From Spirochaetia bacterium (lineage in GTDB: Bacteria; Spirochaetota; Spirochaetia; CAKZLE01): DNA of 64,000 nt. Positions 10,336-19,259 of this stretch are shown here, piece after piece. The position numbers and the translations under genes are program-made. Each line of letters starts with the position of its first letter. Position 1 is the first letter of the stretch. Below the pieces are notes generated by a model. The model had not been told where the DNA came from. It searched no databases and worked only from the letters and a program-made list of their open reading frames with translations. Location of the stretch: positions 4,032,001-4,096,000 of the forward strand of contig OY782041.1 in NCBI GenBank assembly GCA_963677595.1. The letters are read 5' to 3'.

Positions 10336-11715
10336 TTATTCCTTCCATGCCTCTAACACATTATACTCAGGAAGTTCAGAAATCATATTGATTCCATCAA
10401 ACTTCTCTGACGTATATAAGGAGAAGAATGCTTTGATCCGTTGCTGGAGCTCCTGTTTGATCTCTTGGTACTCAGATTCATGATAGAAGTTTTGAACCTC
10501 GTCCGGATCACGCACAAGGTCCGTTAATAGGGATTTCCCTTCGTCAGGGAACTCTATCAGTTTATATCGGTTGGTCTTTACCATCCTGACTGGACCATAC
10601 TCCCCAAAGTGAATATCCTCCCATGTGCTGGCGTCTCCCTGATTCGTGACAAGGGATAGGAAACTCCTGCCTGGGTATGTGCAGTTTTCCGGGCACCTGA
10701 TCCCAGCAGCGTCGAGGATAGTCTGGAAGAGATCTGTATGATTGACGAATTGGCTTCTTCTCTGTCTGTTGAAGAGCCTGTCAGGGCTATACAGGATCAT
10801 CGGGACACGGATTGACTGTTCAAGCATGTTCACCGGGTAGGTGGCATTCCCTTTACCCCACAGTCCATGATCCCCGCAGTTCAGCCCGTGATCTGATGTA
10901 TAGATGATGATGGTATTCTCTAATAACCCCTGGCCTTCCAATTCATCAAGAATGGTTCCTACTGATTCATCGATCTGGGTTACTGCTGCATAATACTGGC
11001 AGAGCGCCTCGACAGGATCTTTGCGTGTATCATCAAGCGACTCGTTCCTCTGGATCCCGAACGGGTAATGCACGCTGTTGTCCCGAGATGATACACCTTT
11101 ATCACGATACATATTCACCAGCCGCTCAGGATGATTCCGCCACTGGCTATGTGTTGCATAATGGCCGATGGTCAGGAAGAAAGGCTTCTCAGTCTCCCGG
11201 GATCTCAGGAATGTTACAGCTTCATTCGTGATGGTCCTCGTCAAAGGTCCCTCACAGGTCACGGGTTCTGCCCCCCGATAGAACGTCCTTGGTCCCCCAT
11301 GGTTGATGGGATATGCCGTACCTATGGAAAATGAGTAATCAAATCCGGTTTTCGGTATCAGTTCCTGGCCAAGATGCCACTTCCCGATGAGAGCAGTCTG
11401 GTAGGAGTGCTGCTTGAATATCTCCTGAAGAGTCAGCTCATCCTTCATCCAGTACTTGTTATCATCACGGTCAGGAGTATTCCCAAGATAGTCATGGACC
11501 CCATGCTGTGATGCGTACCGTCCAGAAAATAAACATGCTCGTGCTGGGGAACAAACAGGCGTCGGAGTGAACGCATTCTCCATGACAACACCCTGGTCAG
11601 CCAAGTAATCAAGATTTGGCGTCTCCACAAACGCATCTCCATAACAACTATTTGCCCACGCGGCATGATCATCAGTCACAAATAGTACAATATTCGGTTG
11701 TTCTTGCATAAACAC
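10336..11715 (-). CDS. Cys-type sulfatase-family hydrolase
   Basis: PNIVLFVTDDH, VCSPARACLFSG, GKWHLG, YTSDHG, HGLWGKG. Confidence 0.9.
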   Translation of the reverse strand: MFMQEQPNIVLFVTDDHAAWANSCYGDAFVETPNLDYLADQGVVMENAFTPTPVCSPARACLFSGRYASQHGVHDYLGNTPDRDDNKYWMKDELTLQEIFKQHSYQTALIGKWHLGQELIPKTGFDYSFSIGTAYPINHGGPRTFYRGAEPVTCEGPLTRTITNEAVTFLRSRETEKPFFLTIGHYATHSQWRNHPERLVNMYRDKGVSSRDNSVHYPFGIQRNESLDDTRKDPVEALCQYYAAVTQIDESVGTILDELEGQGLLENTIIIYTSDHGLNCGDHGLWGKGNATYPVNMLEQSIRVPMILYSPDRLFNRQRRSQFVNHTDLFQTILDAAGIRCPENCTYPGRSFLSLVTNQGDASTWEDIHFGEYGPVRMVKTNRYKLIEFPDEGKSLLTDLVRDPDEVQNFYHESEYQEIKQELQQRIKAFFSLYTSEKFDGINMISELPEYNVLEAWKE

Positions 11716-11765
11716 TACTCCACATTCTAAAACCTATGTGGAAACTATAATGTGTCGGAGACAAG

Positions 11766-11787
11766 AAACAATGCCATGTGGCATGTT
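11766..11787. promoter_or_regulatory. Palindromic operator copy 2 upstream of first sulfatase
   Basis: Identical 22-mer to 7955-7976; minus-strand TATAGT at 11749-11744 at the same distance. Confidence 0.75.
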
Positions 11788-11999
11788 ATGTGCATTACGG
11801 CTCAATATGATCTCTTGTGGAATTGGCTTCTCGATATAAACAGCCAGTTCTCTCCCAAGCAACGCTTTCCTGAATTATGTTAAATATGTTCAATCACGGT
11901 GTGTATCATGACGGTTTTCCATACAAAGTAACTTCGTAAAAAGCATTGGGATTGCATCCATCTGCAATCCCATAAGAATCTTAACACTCCTCCCGGTCA

Positions 12000-13266
12000 T
12001 CACAGGAACTGCGGTTGATGCGTATCATGCCAGGGCGCAAGTTTCTCTATGGCCCGGGCTGCCCTGAAAACCAGTTCATCATTGAACCGGTTGGCTAGGA
12101 TCTGCAGGCCCACCGGCATGCCGTTCACAAAACCCGCAGGGATGCTTATGGCGGTCAATCCAAGTATGTTTGCGAAAGATGTGAATGCGGAACTCGATGT
12201 TTCCCTATACGCCTGGTATGGATACGGCATCTCGAAGGGATCTTCCGGTCGTAGAGGGGAGATGATGTTCAAGGTGGGGGTGCACAGGAGATCATAGGTC
12301 TCGAATATACCGTCCGCCCACAGCTTGAGGTTCTTTCGTTCACGTAAGGCCTCTATCTTCTCTTCCTTTGTGGTCGGAGCTGCCCCGGCGTGGGTTATGC
12401 CCATCATCTTTCTTGTCGCGGGATTGAGGAGCCCCATCTTCTCAGCTGTCATCTCCCCAAGGACAGCTAACCGGTCTTTTGACATCATGATGGTTTTAGT
12501 CCCGATCTCCATGAAATCTTCCGGGATCCTGATATCTGCATCACCTATGAGTGCACCTGCCTGCTCGAACAGGCTGAATGTGTCATGAATCCGCTTCGTC
12601 ACGTCTGGTTCATAATCGGACCTGGTGAAGCTGTCTTGAACAACTCCGGCAGCTGTTCGGGGATCCTACCCGGGCTGGGGAAGAACCCGACCACCCCGTT
12701 GTGGTGCGAGGGTATACGGGTGGAGCCGCCGCCGTCACTGCCGATCGAGAACGGTGACATCCCTGCTGCGACTGAGGCGCCGCTCCCGCCGCTGGAGGCC
12801 CCGCTTATCCTTGAAGGATCCCAGGGGTTCACGGCTTCCCCGGCGATCGAGGTAACGGTCCGTGTCGTCATCGCGAACTCACTGGTCTGAGTCTTGCCCA
12901 GAATGATCGCCCCAGCGTCCTTCAGTCGTTCGATGAATAGCTCGTTCGTTACCGGCATGTAATCTTTCAACAGTTCAGACCCACGGGTTGTCGGGTACCC
13001 GGAGTAATCGTAGAGATCCTTGACAGAGACCGGAAGTCCGCACAGCGGTCCCTGCTCCTCCCCCCCCGTGCTATTGCCTCATCGATTGCCTTGGCTTCTG
13101 CTAACACCATCTCTTCCTGTACGCTGATGTAGGCATGCAGTACCGGTTCAAACTGCTGTATTCGATCCAGGTAGTGCTTCGCGACTACCACAGCGGATAG
13201 TTCTCCAGATCTGATCATCTCGACCAGTTCATATCCCGGTACCCAGGTTATCTCTTTCGTATTCAT
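12000..13266 (-). pseudogene. Amidase-signature (GatA-like) amidase pseudogene
   Basis: Three ORF pieces. A frameshift in a G8 run (13060-13067) hides GPLCGLPVSVKD. GASSGGS and GSDGGGSTRIP are present. A second break near 12615 jumps from PGPI to DYEPDV, consistent with an internal deletion. C-terminal GMPVGLQI. Confidence 0.85.
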
Positions 13267-13551
13267 TGAGATCCTCCATTTACAACCCTATAGATAGATG
13301 CAGGATAGCACTGATTCAACCTGTTCAGTATTGTACAGATGTCATCATATGTGCAGATAGATGGTAACCGCTGCTCACATACCGAAGAGTTGATCATGGA
13401 GTACTGCAGGACACTGGTAGTAAAGACAGGTTTCGATGCAGTTTCTGTAAGTTCTATTTCCAGGGCGCTACATCTCAGCCGGGGCTTTTTCTATTACCAT
13501 TTCGGGGATAAGTTCGATCTGGTCAACAGGATCATCGAACATGATCTCCAA

Positions 13552-14106
13552 TGACATCCTCCCCGACCCAAGGGTCGGGGTATCCTAGTCATTGGTTAAA
13601 ATCAAGTTCTATCTGACCCGAATAGATTTTCTTGTATTCGTCCTGTTTCCCTTGATTCTCTATGTATCTTCTTATGGTTTCCTTCCCTGCGTACAGCCCA
13701 ACGGTATTTGCGTAAAACCCTGCTGTCCACAAAGATCCTCCCCATAGCTGTTCCCGTCTAATCTTTGGATGCCTCTTAAAGATCTCCCTTGCGGTGATAC
13801 TTTTGATGGTCGTTACGATTTTACTCACAGCCATCGTCGGAATCCCTTGTACCAAAAAGTGCACATGGTCTTCTTCCAATCCTATCTCGATAAATCGTAA
13901 CTCGTATCGTTGTTCGATTCCCAGGCAAATCTCTTTTAGGCTTTCCTCTACCTCACGGGTAAAGATCTTCCGTCTATACTTTGCCGGAAATACCAAATGA
14001 TACATTAGAAGGCTCTTGTTATGACTTTTATAGATATGTTCATCCATCCTTCTAATGTATCATACTCAACCGCCCCAAGGGGCGGGGAATGTAACCCCCT
14101 TCAGAT
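13552..14106 (-). mobile_element. IS200-type element (tnpA only)
   Basis: Subterminal hairpins CCCCGACCC-aa-GGGTCGGGG (13561-13580) and CCGCCCC-aa-GGGGCGG (14070-14085); no target duplication; ends uncertain by 1-2 bp. Confidence 0.88.
13589..14047 (-). CDS. tnpA: IS200/IS605 Y1 transposase
   Basis: YHLVFPAKYRRK, HUH motif DHVHFL, LWGGSLW, catalytic Tyr in IRRYIENQ. Confidence 0.95.
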   Translation of the reverse strand: MDEHIYKSHNKSLLMYHLVFPAKYRRKIFTREVEESLKEICLGIEQRYELRFIEIGLEEDHVHFLVQGIPTMAVSKIVTTIKSITAREIFKRHPKIRREQLWGGSLWTAGFYANTVGLYAGKETIRRYIENQGKQDEYKKIYSGQIELDFNQ

Positions 14107-14573
14107 TCAGTGGTCATCACAGTAGGGGGCCATCCGGATTTCGTGTATCTTGGCTCCAATACGATGCTCGAAATGATGAAGGACAACCAGGTATTCTACA
14201 GGCGGGTATTTGATGTATTCGGGTATGAATCCTTCTTTGACTATTTGGGGAAACTGATCAGGAGGCAATTACTGATATGGATCCAGAAGAGGGATCTCCC
14301 CCCGGAGATATCGATCGAGTTCGTGGTCGACTTCTATACCGGGGCCATCCAGAAAGTGATCAAGACCTGGTTCGACGGAGGGCTGGCAACTCCTCCCAGG
14401 GAGATCGCAGAACAGCTGCATCTTCTCATTGAGGCACATTGAATCGTGACAATACCGTCTCTTGACGATGTGTTTCAGGGCGTATGAAATTCAACTCTTT
14501 GGGATCTACAACCCTGGTATTGAAACGACCATGCACGCTTGACGTTATTACTGTATAGCGTTATTATTATAGT

Positions 14574-14855
14574 ATGATAAATTCCTTTAAAGACAAGGAA
14601 ACCGCAAAGGTCTGGGACCAAACGTACTCGAAGCGATTGCCAAAGGATATCCAGCGCATCGGTCTCAGGAAACTGATCATGCTGCATAAGGCAAGAGACC
14701 TGAATGATCTGAAAGTCCCTCCAGGGAATCGACTGGAATTCCTATCGGGAGATAGAGAAGGTCAGTATAGTATTCGGATCAATGAACAATGGAGAATCTG
14801 TTTCAGGTGGAATCAAGGACAGATTGAAGATGTAGAGATCGTAGATTACCACTAG
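14574..14855 (+). CDS. higB: HigB-type toxin (RelE superfamily)
   Basis: MINSFKDKET, DLKVPPGNRLE, YSIRINEQWRICF, EIVDYH. Confidence 0.93.
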   Translation: MINSFKDKETAKVWDQTYSKRLPKDIQRIGLRKLIMLHKARDLNDLKVPPGNRLEFLSGDREGQYSIRINEQWRICFRWNQGQIEDVEIVDYH

Positions 14856-14864
14856 GAGAAGAAC

Positions 14865-15158
14865 ATGGACAGGATACCTGATATTACACCCGGTGAGATT
14901 TTGTATGAAGAATTCCTCATCCCCATGCATATCACAGCCTATCGTCTCGCAAAAGACACGAAAATACCGGCAACCCGCATTTCAGAAATCATCAAAGGCC
15001 GCAGGAAGATAACAGCAGACACAGCCTTGAGACTTTCTGCCTACTTCGGCAACTCAGCTGAGTTCTGGGTTGGTATCCAGGCTGAATATGATCTCAGACG
15101 CGAGAGACGCAGAATCTCAGATGAACTGATGACTATCCCACATATTGAGGCATCATAG
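14865..15158 (+). CDS. higA: HigA antitoxin
   Basis: PGEILYEEFL, ISEIIKGRRKITADTALRL, SAEFW..Q..YDL. Confidence 0.93.
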   Translation: MDRIPDITPGEILYEEFLIPMHITAYRLAKDTKIPATRISEIIKGRRKITADTALRLSAYFGNSAEFWVGIQAEYDLRRERRRISDELMTIPHIEAS

Positions 15159-15341
15159 AACCAGGCTGTATGCAAAATACTACGTCCAAAAAGCTTCTAT
15201 GTATGCTGCATAGACCTTATGGAAACACATCCAACACATACTTCTATAGTCATAGCAAGCCACAAGTCATCATTATTCCCTGTATTGAAGAAAAACATAG
15301 TATAATATTTTAGATCAAGGGTTATCGTACTTGGAGGGAAT

Positions 15342-16304
15342 ATGCAGCATCTCCTTCTCCTATATCTCATTGTAAGTATACTTCCCGGAATAGCTGCCTT
15401 GACCGTCCTCTCTGCTTTGACCACAAGACTCCGGATCAAGGCTCTCACCTATTACCTCATAGCATACGGCAGCTTCACAGTCTCTATCCTCATCAACCTG
15501 ACGATGTTCTATCTGGGGATAAACATCTCAAAAGAGATATCCTACGGTCTCTATATTCTCATCATCATCGGGATCCCCTTTTCCATCCTCATGCATACGA
15601 TGCTGACGTTGGCAGTGAATGAAGCGACAAGACCGCCAGGTAAGCGATTCATTGACGGATTCATCATCCTGATCGGCTTCGTTGAGCTGGGACTGTTCTT
15701 CACTCCCCTATTGATGCAGTATTCCAAGGAGACTCACAGCCTCATCTTCGGCCCGATATACCCTCTCAGCAGCATCATCGAGATCATCAGTATCATCTAT
15801 GCGATCACCCTGGTCATTATTCTCCGCAAGAAGATCACCGATACTACCATCAGGAAGTACATCATCACCCTCATCATCATCATTGCGGTGTTCCTGCCGG
15901 CGATCGGGCATGACCAATTCTTCTTCTTCGGCATCCAAGCCATCAATGAGGTTCCTATCGAACTCATCCTCTCACCGGTCTTCTATATGGTACTCTCCAT
16001 TGTGACGCTGATCTTCGGCACAAGATTCCTGAAATCCACTATCAGACTGGAACGATCGGTGAACTCGACTGCCCGGGAATCGAATCAGCTTACGATAGAG
16101 GCAAAGATACAGGAACTTGCGAAGCGTGCAGGATTATCTGAACGGGAAGTATCTATCATCCCTCTGATAGGCAAAGGTCTTGGGAACAAACAGATCGCAC
16201 TTGAGCTGAATATATCTTCCAAGACAGTAGGGAACCATATCTATAACATCTATAAGAAACTAAAGATCTCAAGCAGATATGAGCTCTTAGCCCTGTTGAA
16301 TTAA
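15342..16304 (+). CDS. Membrane-embedded LuxR-family one-component regulator
   Basis: About 7 hydrophobic segments, then LSEREVSI...GLGNKQIALELNISSKTVGNHIYNIYKKL. Confidence 0.88.
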   Translation: MQHLLLLYLIVSILPGIAALTVLSALTTRLRIKALTYYLIAYGSFTVSILINLTMFYLGINISKEISYGLYILIIIGIPFSILMHTMLTLAVNEATRPPGKRFIDGFIILIGFVELGLFFTPLLMQYSKETHSLIFGPIYPLSSIIEIISIIYAITLVIILRKKITDTTIRKYIITLIIIIAVFLPAIGHDQFFFFGIQAINEVPIELILSPVFYMVLSIVTLIFGTRFLKSTIRLERSVNSTARESNQLTIEAKIQELAKRAGLSEREVSIIPLIGKGLGNKQIALELNISSKTVGNHIYNIYKKLKISSRYELLALLN

Positions 16305-16307
16305 CAT

Positions 16308-16387
16308 ATTCCCCTACTTTTGGGTATCATTCCTCAGTCATTTGAGAACCATTCCCCATTTCTCTCTCCCTATGGTGGTGCTAGGCT
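16308..16387 (+). promoter_or_regulatory. Candidate LuxR/NarL-type binding repeats plus extended -10
   Basis: ATTCCYC at 16308, 16329 and 16351 (21/22 bp spacing) with intervening TGGGTA/TGAGAA; TGcTAGGCT at 16379-16387. Confidence 0.4.
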
Positions 16388-16415
16388 TTAATCATCACCT
16401 TTCAAGGAGTCAGGA

Positions 16416-17030
16416 ATGAAAAGATTAACCGTTTTAGTGCTATTGATCATCTGCAGTACGCTGCTCTATTCAACGCCTCAGGAGATAGACCTAGGCAGCC
16501 TGCAGTCATCAAGGAGTATGTTCTCACTATCTACAGGATATGCTTCCGACCTTTCAGGGGCTCAAGGCTATTCAGCATTCATCAAGTCGTCATCTTTCAT
16601 AGGAGAGAGCCCCTTCTATTATGGATTCGCCTCCCTGCTTGGGATGTTCTCAACTACCGATGAGAGTTTCTTTGAGACGGGAGTCCTGTTCGGGTATACC
16701 GATGAGATCGATGACACGAATCTCTATTACGACCTGTTTTTCGATCTCCTGGTCACAGGAGGCCGTATCAACAATGCGACCTCAACCTACCAGGCATCCG
16801 CCCCTGCTCTCCATCTGGGAATGGCTCTCGGGTTCCCCTCCACTTCTGATATCGATGGGGCCATCTCCATCGCACCAGTCATACGTCCCTACAACCAGCA
16901 GACAGGGCTTTGGGACTTCTCGAGAAGTTATATCAACCTCGGTGTGACCTTCAATATGAAATCCTTGATAGTAGGAAAGCAATTACCATGGAAAGAATTC
17001 CATGAATCAGCAAAGAGCGAAGGGGAATAG
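16416..17030 (+). CDS. Exported hypothetical protein (possible beta-stranded outer-membrane protein)
   Basis: AAGGAG RBS, signal peptide, aromatic/Gly-rich alternating strands. Confidence 0.65.
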   Translation: MKRLTVLVLLIICSTLLYSTPQEIDLGSLQSSRSMFSLSTGYASDLSGAQGYSAFIKSSSFIGESPFYYGFASLLGMFSTTDESFFETGVLFGYTDEIDDTNLYYDLFFDLLVTGGRINNATSTYQASAPALHLGMALGFPSTSDIDGAISIAPVIRPYNQQTGLWDFSRSYINLGVTFNMKSLIVGKQLPWKEFHESAKSEGE

Positions 17031-17031
17031 T

Positions 17032-18837
17032 ATGAAACTTTTTATCAGAGCATTGATCATCTTAGTGATCATCAGCCTGTTAGTCCTTGTGTTCATCACG
17101 TTGGCAGGCTGCACGAGTCTATCGGAGGAACAGGAGGGATCAGTGATACCCCCGACACACAGGTCAATCGGGACACTGACCGATACCATCCATAAAGAGA
17201 TGAAAGCAAAGAATATCACGGGGATTTCCATCTCGGTCATGAACTCTGAAGGTCTCCTCTGGGCTGACGGATTCGGTCTGGCCGATAAAAAGCACAAGGT
17301 TGCTTTTACCAGAGACACTGTTTCCAATGTAGGGTCGGTATCAAAACTCATAACCTCTGCTGCGATCATGCGACTGGTTGAGATGGGTCAGGTTGACCTG
17401 GATGAACCGGTATCAACCTATATCCCGGAATTCAGGCCCGTAGGGGCTGAGCATTCCTCTACACCTATTACCGTACGCATGTTGTTGAACCATGAATCAG
17501 GATTGGAATCTGATGCGTTCCAGGACTTCTTCCTGGGTTATGACCGACCGGACGATTTCCCTGTCCCATATCGGAAGGCTATAGATGCGGTAAATAGAAG
17601 CGGGATCGTAAGAGATCCATACGAAATCTTCTCTTACTGCAATCTCGGATACTCACTGCTGGGTATCATCATCGAGAGAGCGATGGGAGAGAATTTCCAG
17701 CAATCTGCCAAGGAATTAGTCTTCGATCCCCTGGGGATGGATGACTCATCTTTCAATATTGATGACATCCCGGAAGGGAGGATGGCAATGGGATACCTCC
17801 AGGGTAAACCCAAAGAACTCCCCTACATCCGTGACATGCCGGCAGGCAGCCTCAACAGTACAGCGACTGATATGGGGAAGTTCCTGCAAAGCATGCTTGC
17901 TTCATACACAACAGGGGAAGGACTGCTCTCCCGGCAGACTGTGCATGAGATTTTCAGCCCCTCCAATATCGATGTAGCTGCTGATCTTGATTTCAAGATC
18001 GGCCTAACCTGGTGGATAGTAGATCTCAAGGATCTGTCCGGAGAGTTCATCGTAGGACACGGCGGGGACCTCCCTCCCTACCATGCCCTGGTGATCATGC
18101 TGCCCGACAGGGATATATCAGTATTCGCTATGGTCAATTCTGTAGAGGGCGTCGGTTCTTTCAGTTTGGCGAAGATTGTGACAGAAGCTGTCAGGACCTT
18201 CCTGGATGAAGAGGTCGAGCAGAGTATTGCTAAGAAATCAGATCAAAGCCCGATCATAGAGATCCCGGCATCCCTGAAGGCATACCTCATAGGCTATTAT
18301 GCCTCTCCCGTAGGACTTTCCCAGATTAAGGAATCAGGGGGCAAGTTAAAGATCTTCACGTTCAATAAGTGGTTAGATGCATATTACCATGAGGATCACA
18401 GCCTCACTTTGGGATATAAACTCTTTGGGATCTTCCCCATACACATGCCTGTCTTCGATGAGATCTCTATCAGTCTGGAAGATATCAATGATGCACCTGC
18501 AATAAACCTGCGCATCCAGGATATCCTCATCAGTCCTGCAGTGAAGATCGAACCAACACCTATAGATCCCAATTGGATCGCACGTATCGGTAACTATGAG
18601 CCTGTGGAGACTGAAGTCATGCCGCAGTACACTGATTTCACGATCGATATAGACAAGGAGAGTGGGTTTCTCTGTCTCAACCTGAAAAGCGAAGGAGAAT
18701 GGTCAAGATTCCCGCTTCAGACAATCAACACAACTACTGCACAAGTGATGGGAATAGGAAGGAGCCTTGGTGGTTATCTCAGGATCGCCGAAGAGAGTAC
18801 CATCAGTTTCCAGAATTTCACGTTGAGAAAGAAATAG
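17032..18837 (+). CDS. Beta-lactamase-family serine hydrolase, predicted lipoprotein
   Basis: Lipobox-like LAGC, SxxK (GSVSK), LLNHESG, YxN (YCN), HGG; start moved to ATG 17032. Confidence 0.88.
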   Translation: MKLFIRALIILVIISLLVLVFITLAGCTSLSEEQEGSVIPPTHRSIGTLTDTIHKEMKAKNITGISISVMNSEGLLWADGFGLADKKHKVAFTRDTVSNVGSVSKLITSAAIMRLVEMGQVDLDEPVSTYIPEFRPVGAEHSSTPITVRMLLNHESGLESDAFQDFFLGYDRPDDFPVPYRKAIDAVNRSGIVRDPYEIFSYCNLGYSLLGIIIERAMGENFQQSAKELVFDPLGMDDSSFNIDDIPEGRMAMGYLQGKPKELPYIRDMPAGSLNSTATDMGKFLQSMLASYTTGEGLLSRQTVHEIFSPSNIDVAADLDFKIGLTWWIVDLKDLSGEFIVGHGGDLPPYHALVIMLPDRDISVFAMVNSVEGVGSFSLAKIVTEAVRTFLDEEVEQSIAKKSDQSPIIEIPASLKAYLIGYYASPVGLSQIKESGGKLKIFTFNKWLDAYYHEDHSLTLGYKLFGIFPIHMPVFDEISISLEDINDAPAINLRIQDILISPAVKIEPTPIDPNWIARIGNYEPVETEVMPQYTDFTIDIDKESGFLCLNLKSEGEWSRFPLQTINTTTAQVMGIGRSLGGYLRIAEESTISFQNFTLRKK

Positions 18838-19207
18838 GATAACAGGAAGAAAGATTCACGGTACTCAGCTACATCGAATGCTCTACCTACCAGAAAGAAA
18901 GCCAGTCTTCTCTTCATAAAAGAGTGACTGGCTTTCATTCATTGTATCAAATTCGTCTTTTAAAGATGATATTCGTACCCTTTCAGATGAAACCACTGGA
19001 TATAGAGAGCCTGAAATGACAAATACTGGAATGACTGGCAGTGTACAGAACGGCCTAAGCCTGATAACGGAGACGGGTTTCCGTTCAATGACTACAACAA
19101 CGGACTCCCATGGAAGAGACCCAAGACCGTAGTGCTTCATTGGAATCTATCATGTAACGGTAACAACGCTCGACTAGTGTCAGAAATACATGGCTACCAA
19201 CACAGCG

Positions 19208-19239
19208 GATCCCCCTGAATCATACGAATAGGGGGGATC
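19208..19239. terminator. Hairpin terminator downstream of AOR operon
   Basis: GATCCCCCT...AGGGGGGATC imperfect stem about 20 bp after the transporter stop. Confidence 0.5.
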
Positions 19240-19259
19240 TTGATGTACTAGCAAATTGG

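Larger units (their letters stand above)
13339..14442 (+). pseudogene. TetR/AcrR-family regulator split by IS200-type insertion
   Basis: N-half HTH (SVSSISRALHLSRGFFYYHFGDK, 13339-13554) and C-half (14110-14442). Removing about 555 bp rejoins them in frame (about 182 aa). Confidence 0.85.

Noticed and set aside
11779-11794. sigma54-like TGGCATGTTATGTGCA on the plus strand
   Set aside because: It points at the 3' end of a convergent pseudogene, the second operator copy lacks the -12 element, and it is better explained as half of the palindromic operator.
13060-13067. G8 tract as a phase-variation switch for the amidase
   Set aside because: A second, apparently deletional lesion downstream would keep the gene inactive regardless of tract length.
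18883-19140. 85-aa minus-strand ORF between the hydrolase and transporter genes
   Set aside because: No RBS or recognisable motif, and it lies beyond the operon hairpin. Probably non-coding or a degraded remnant.
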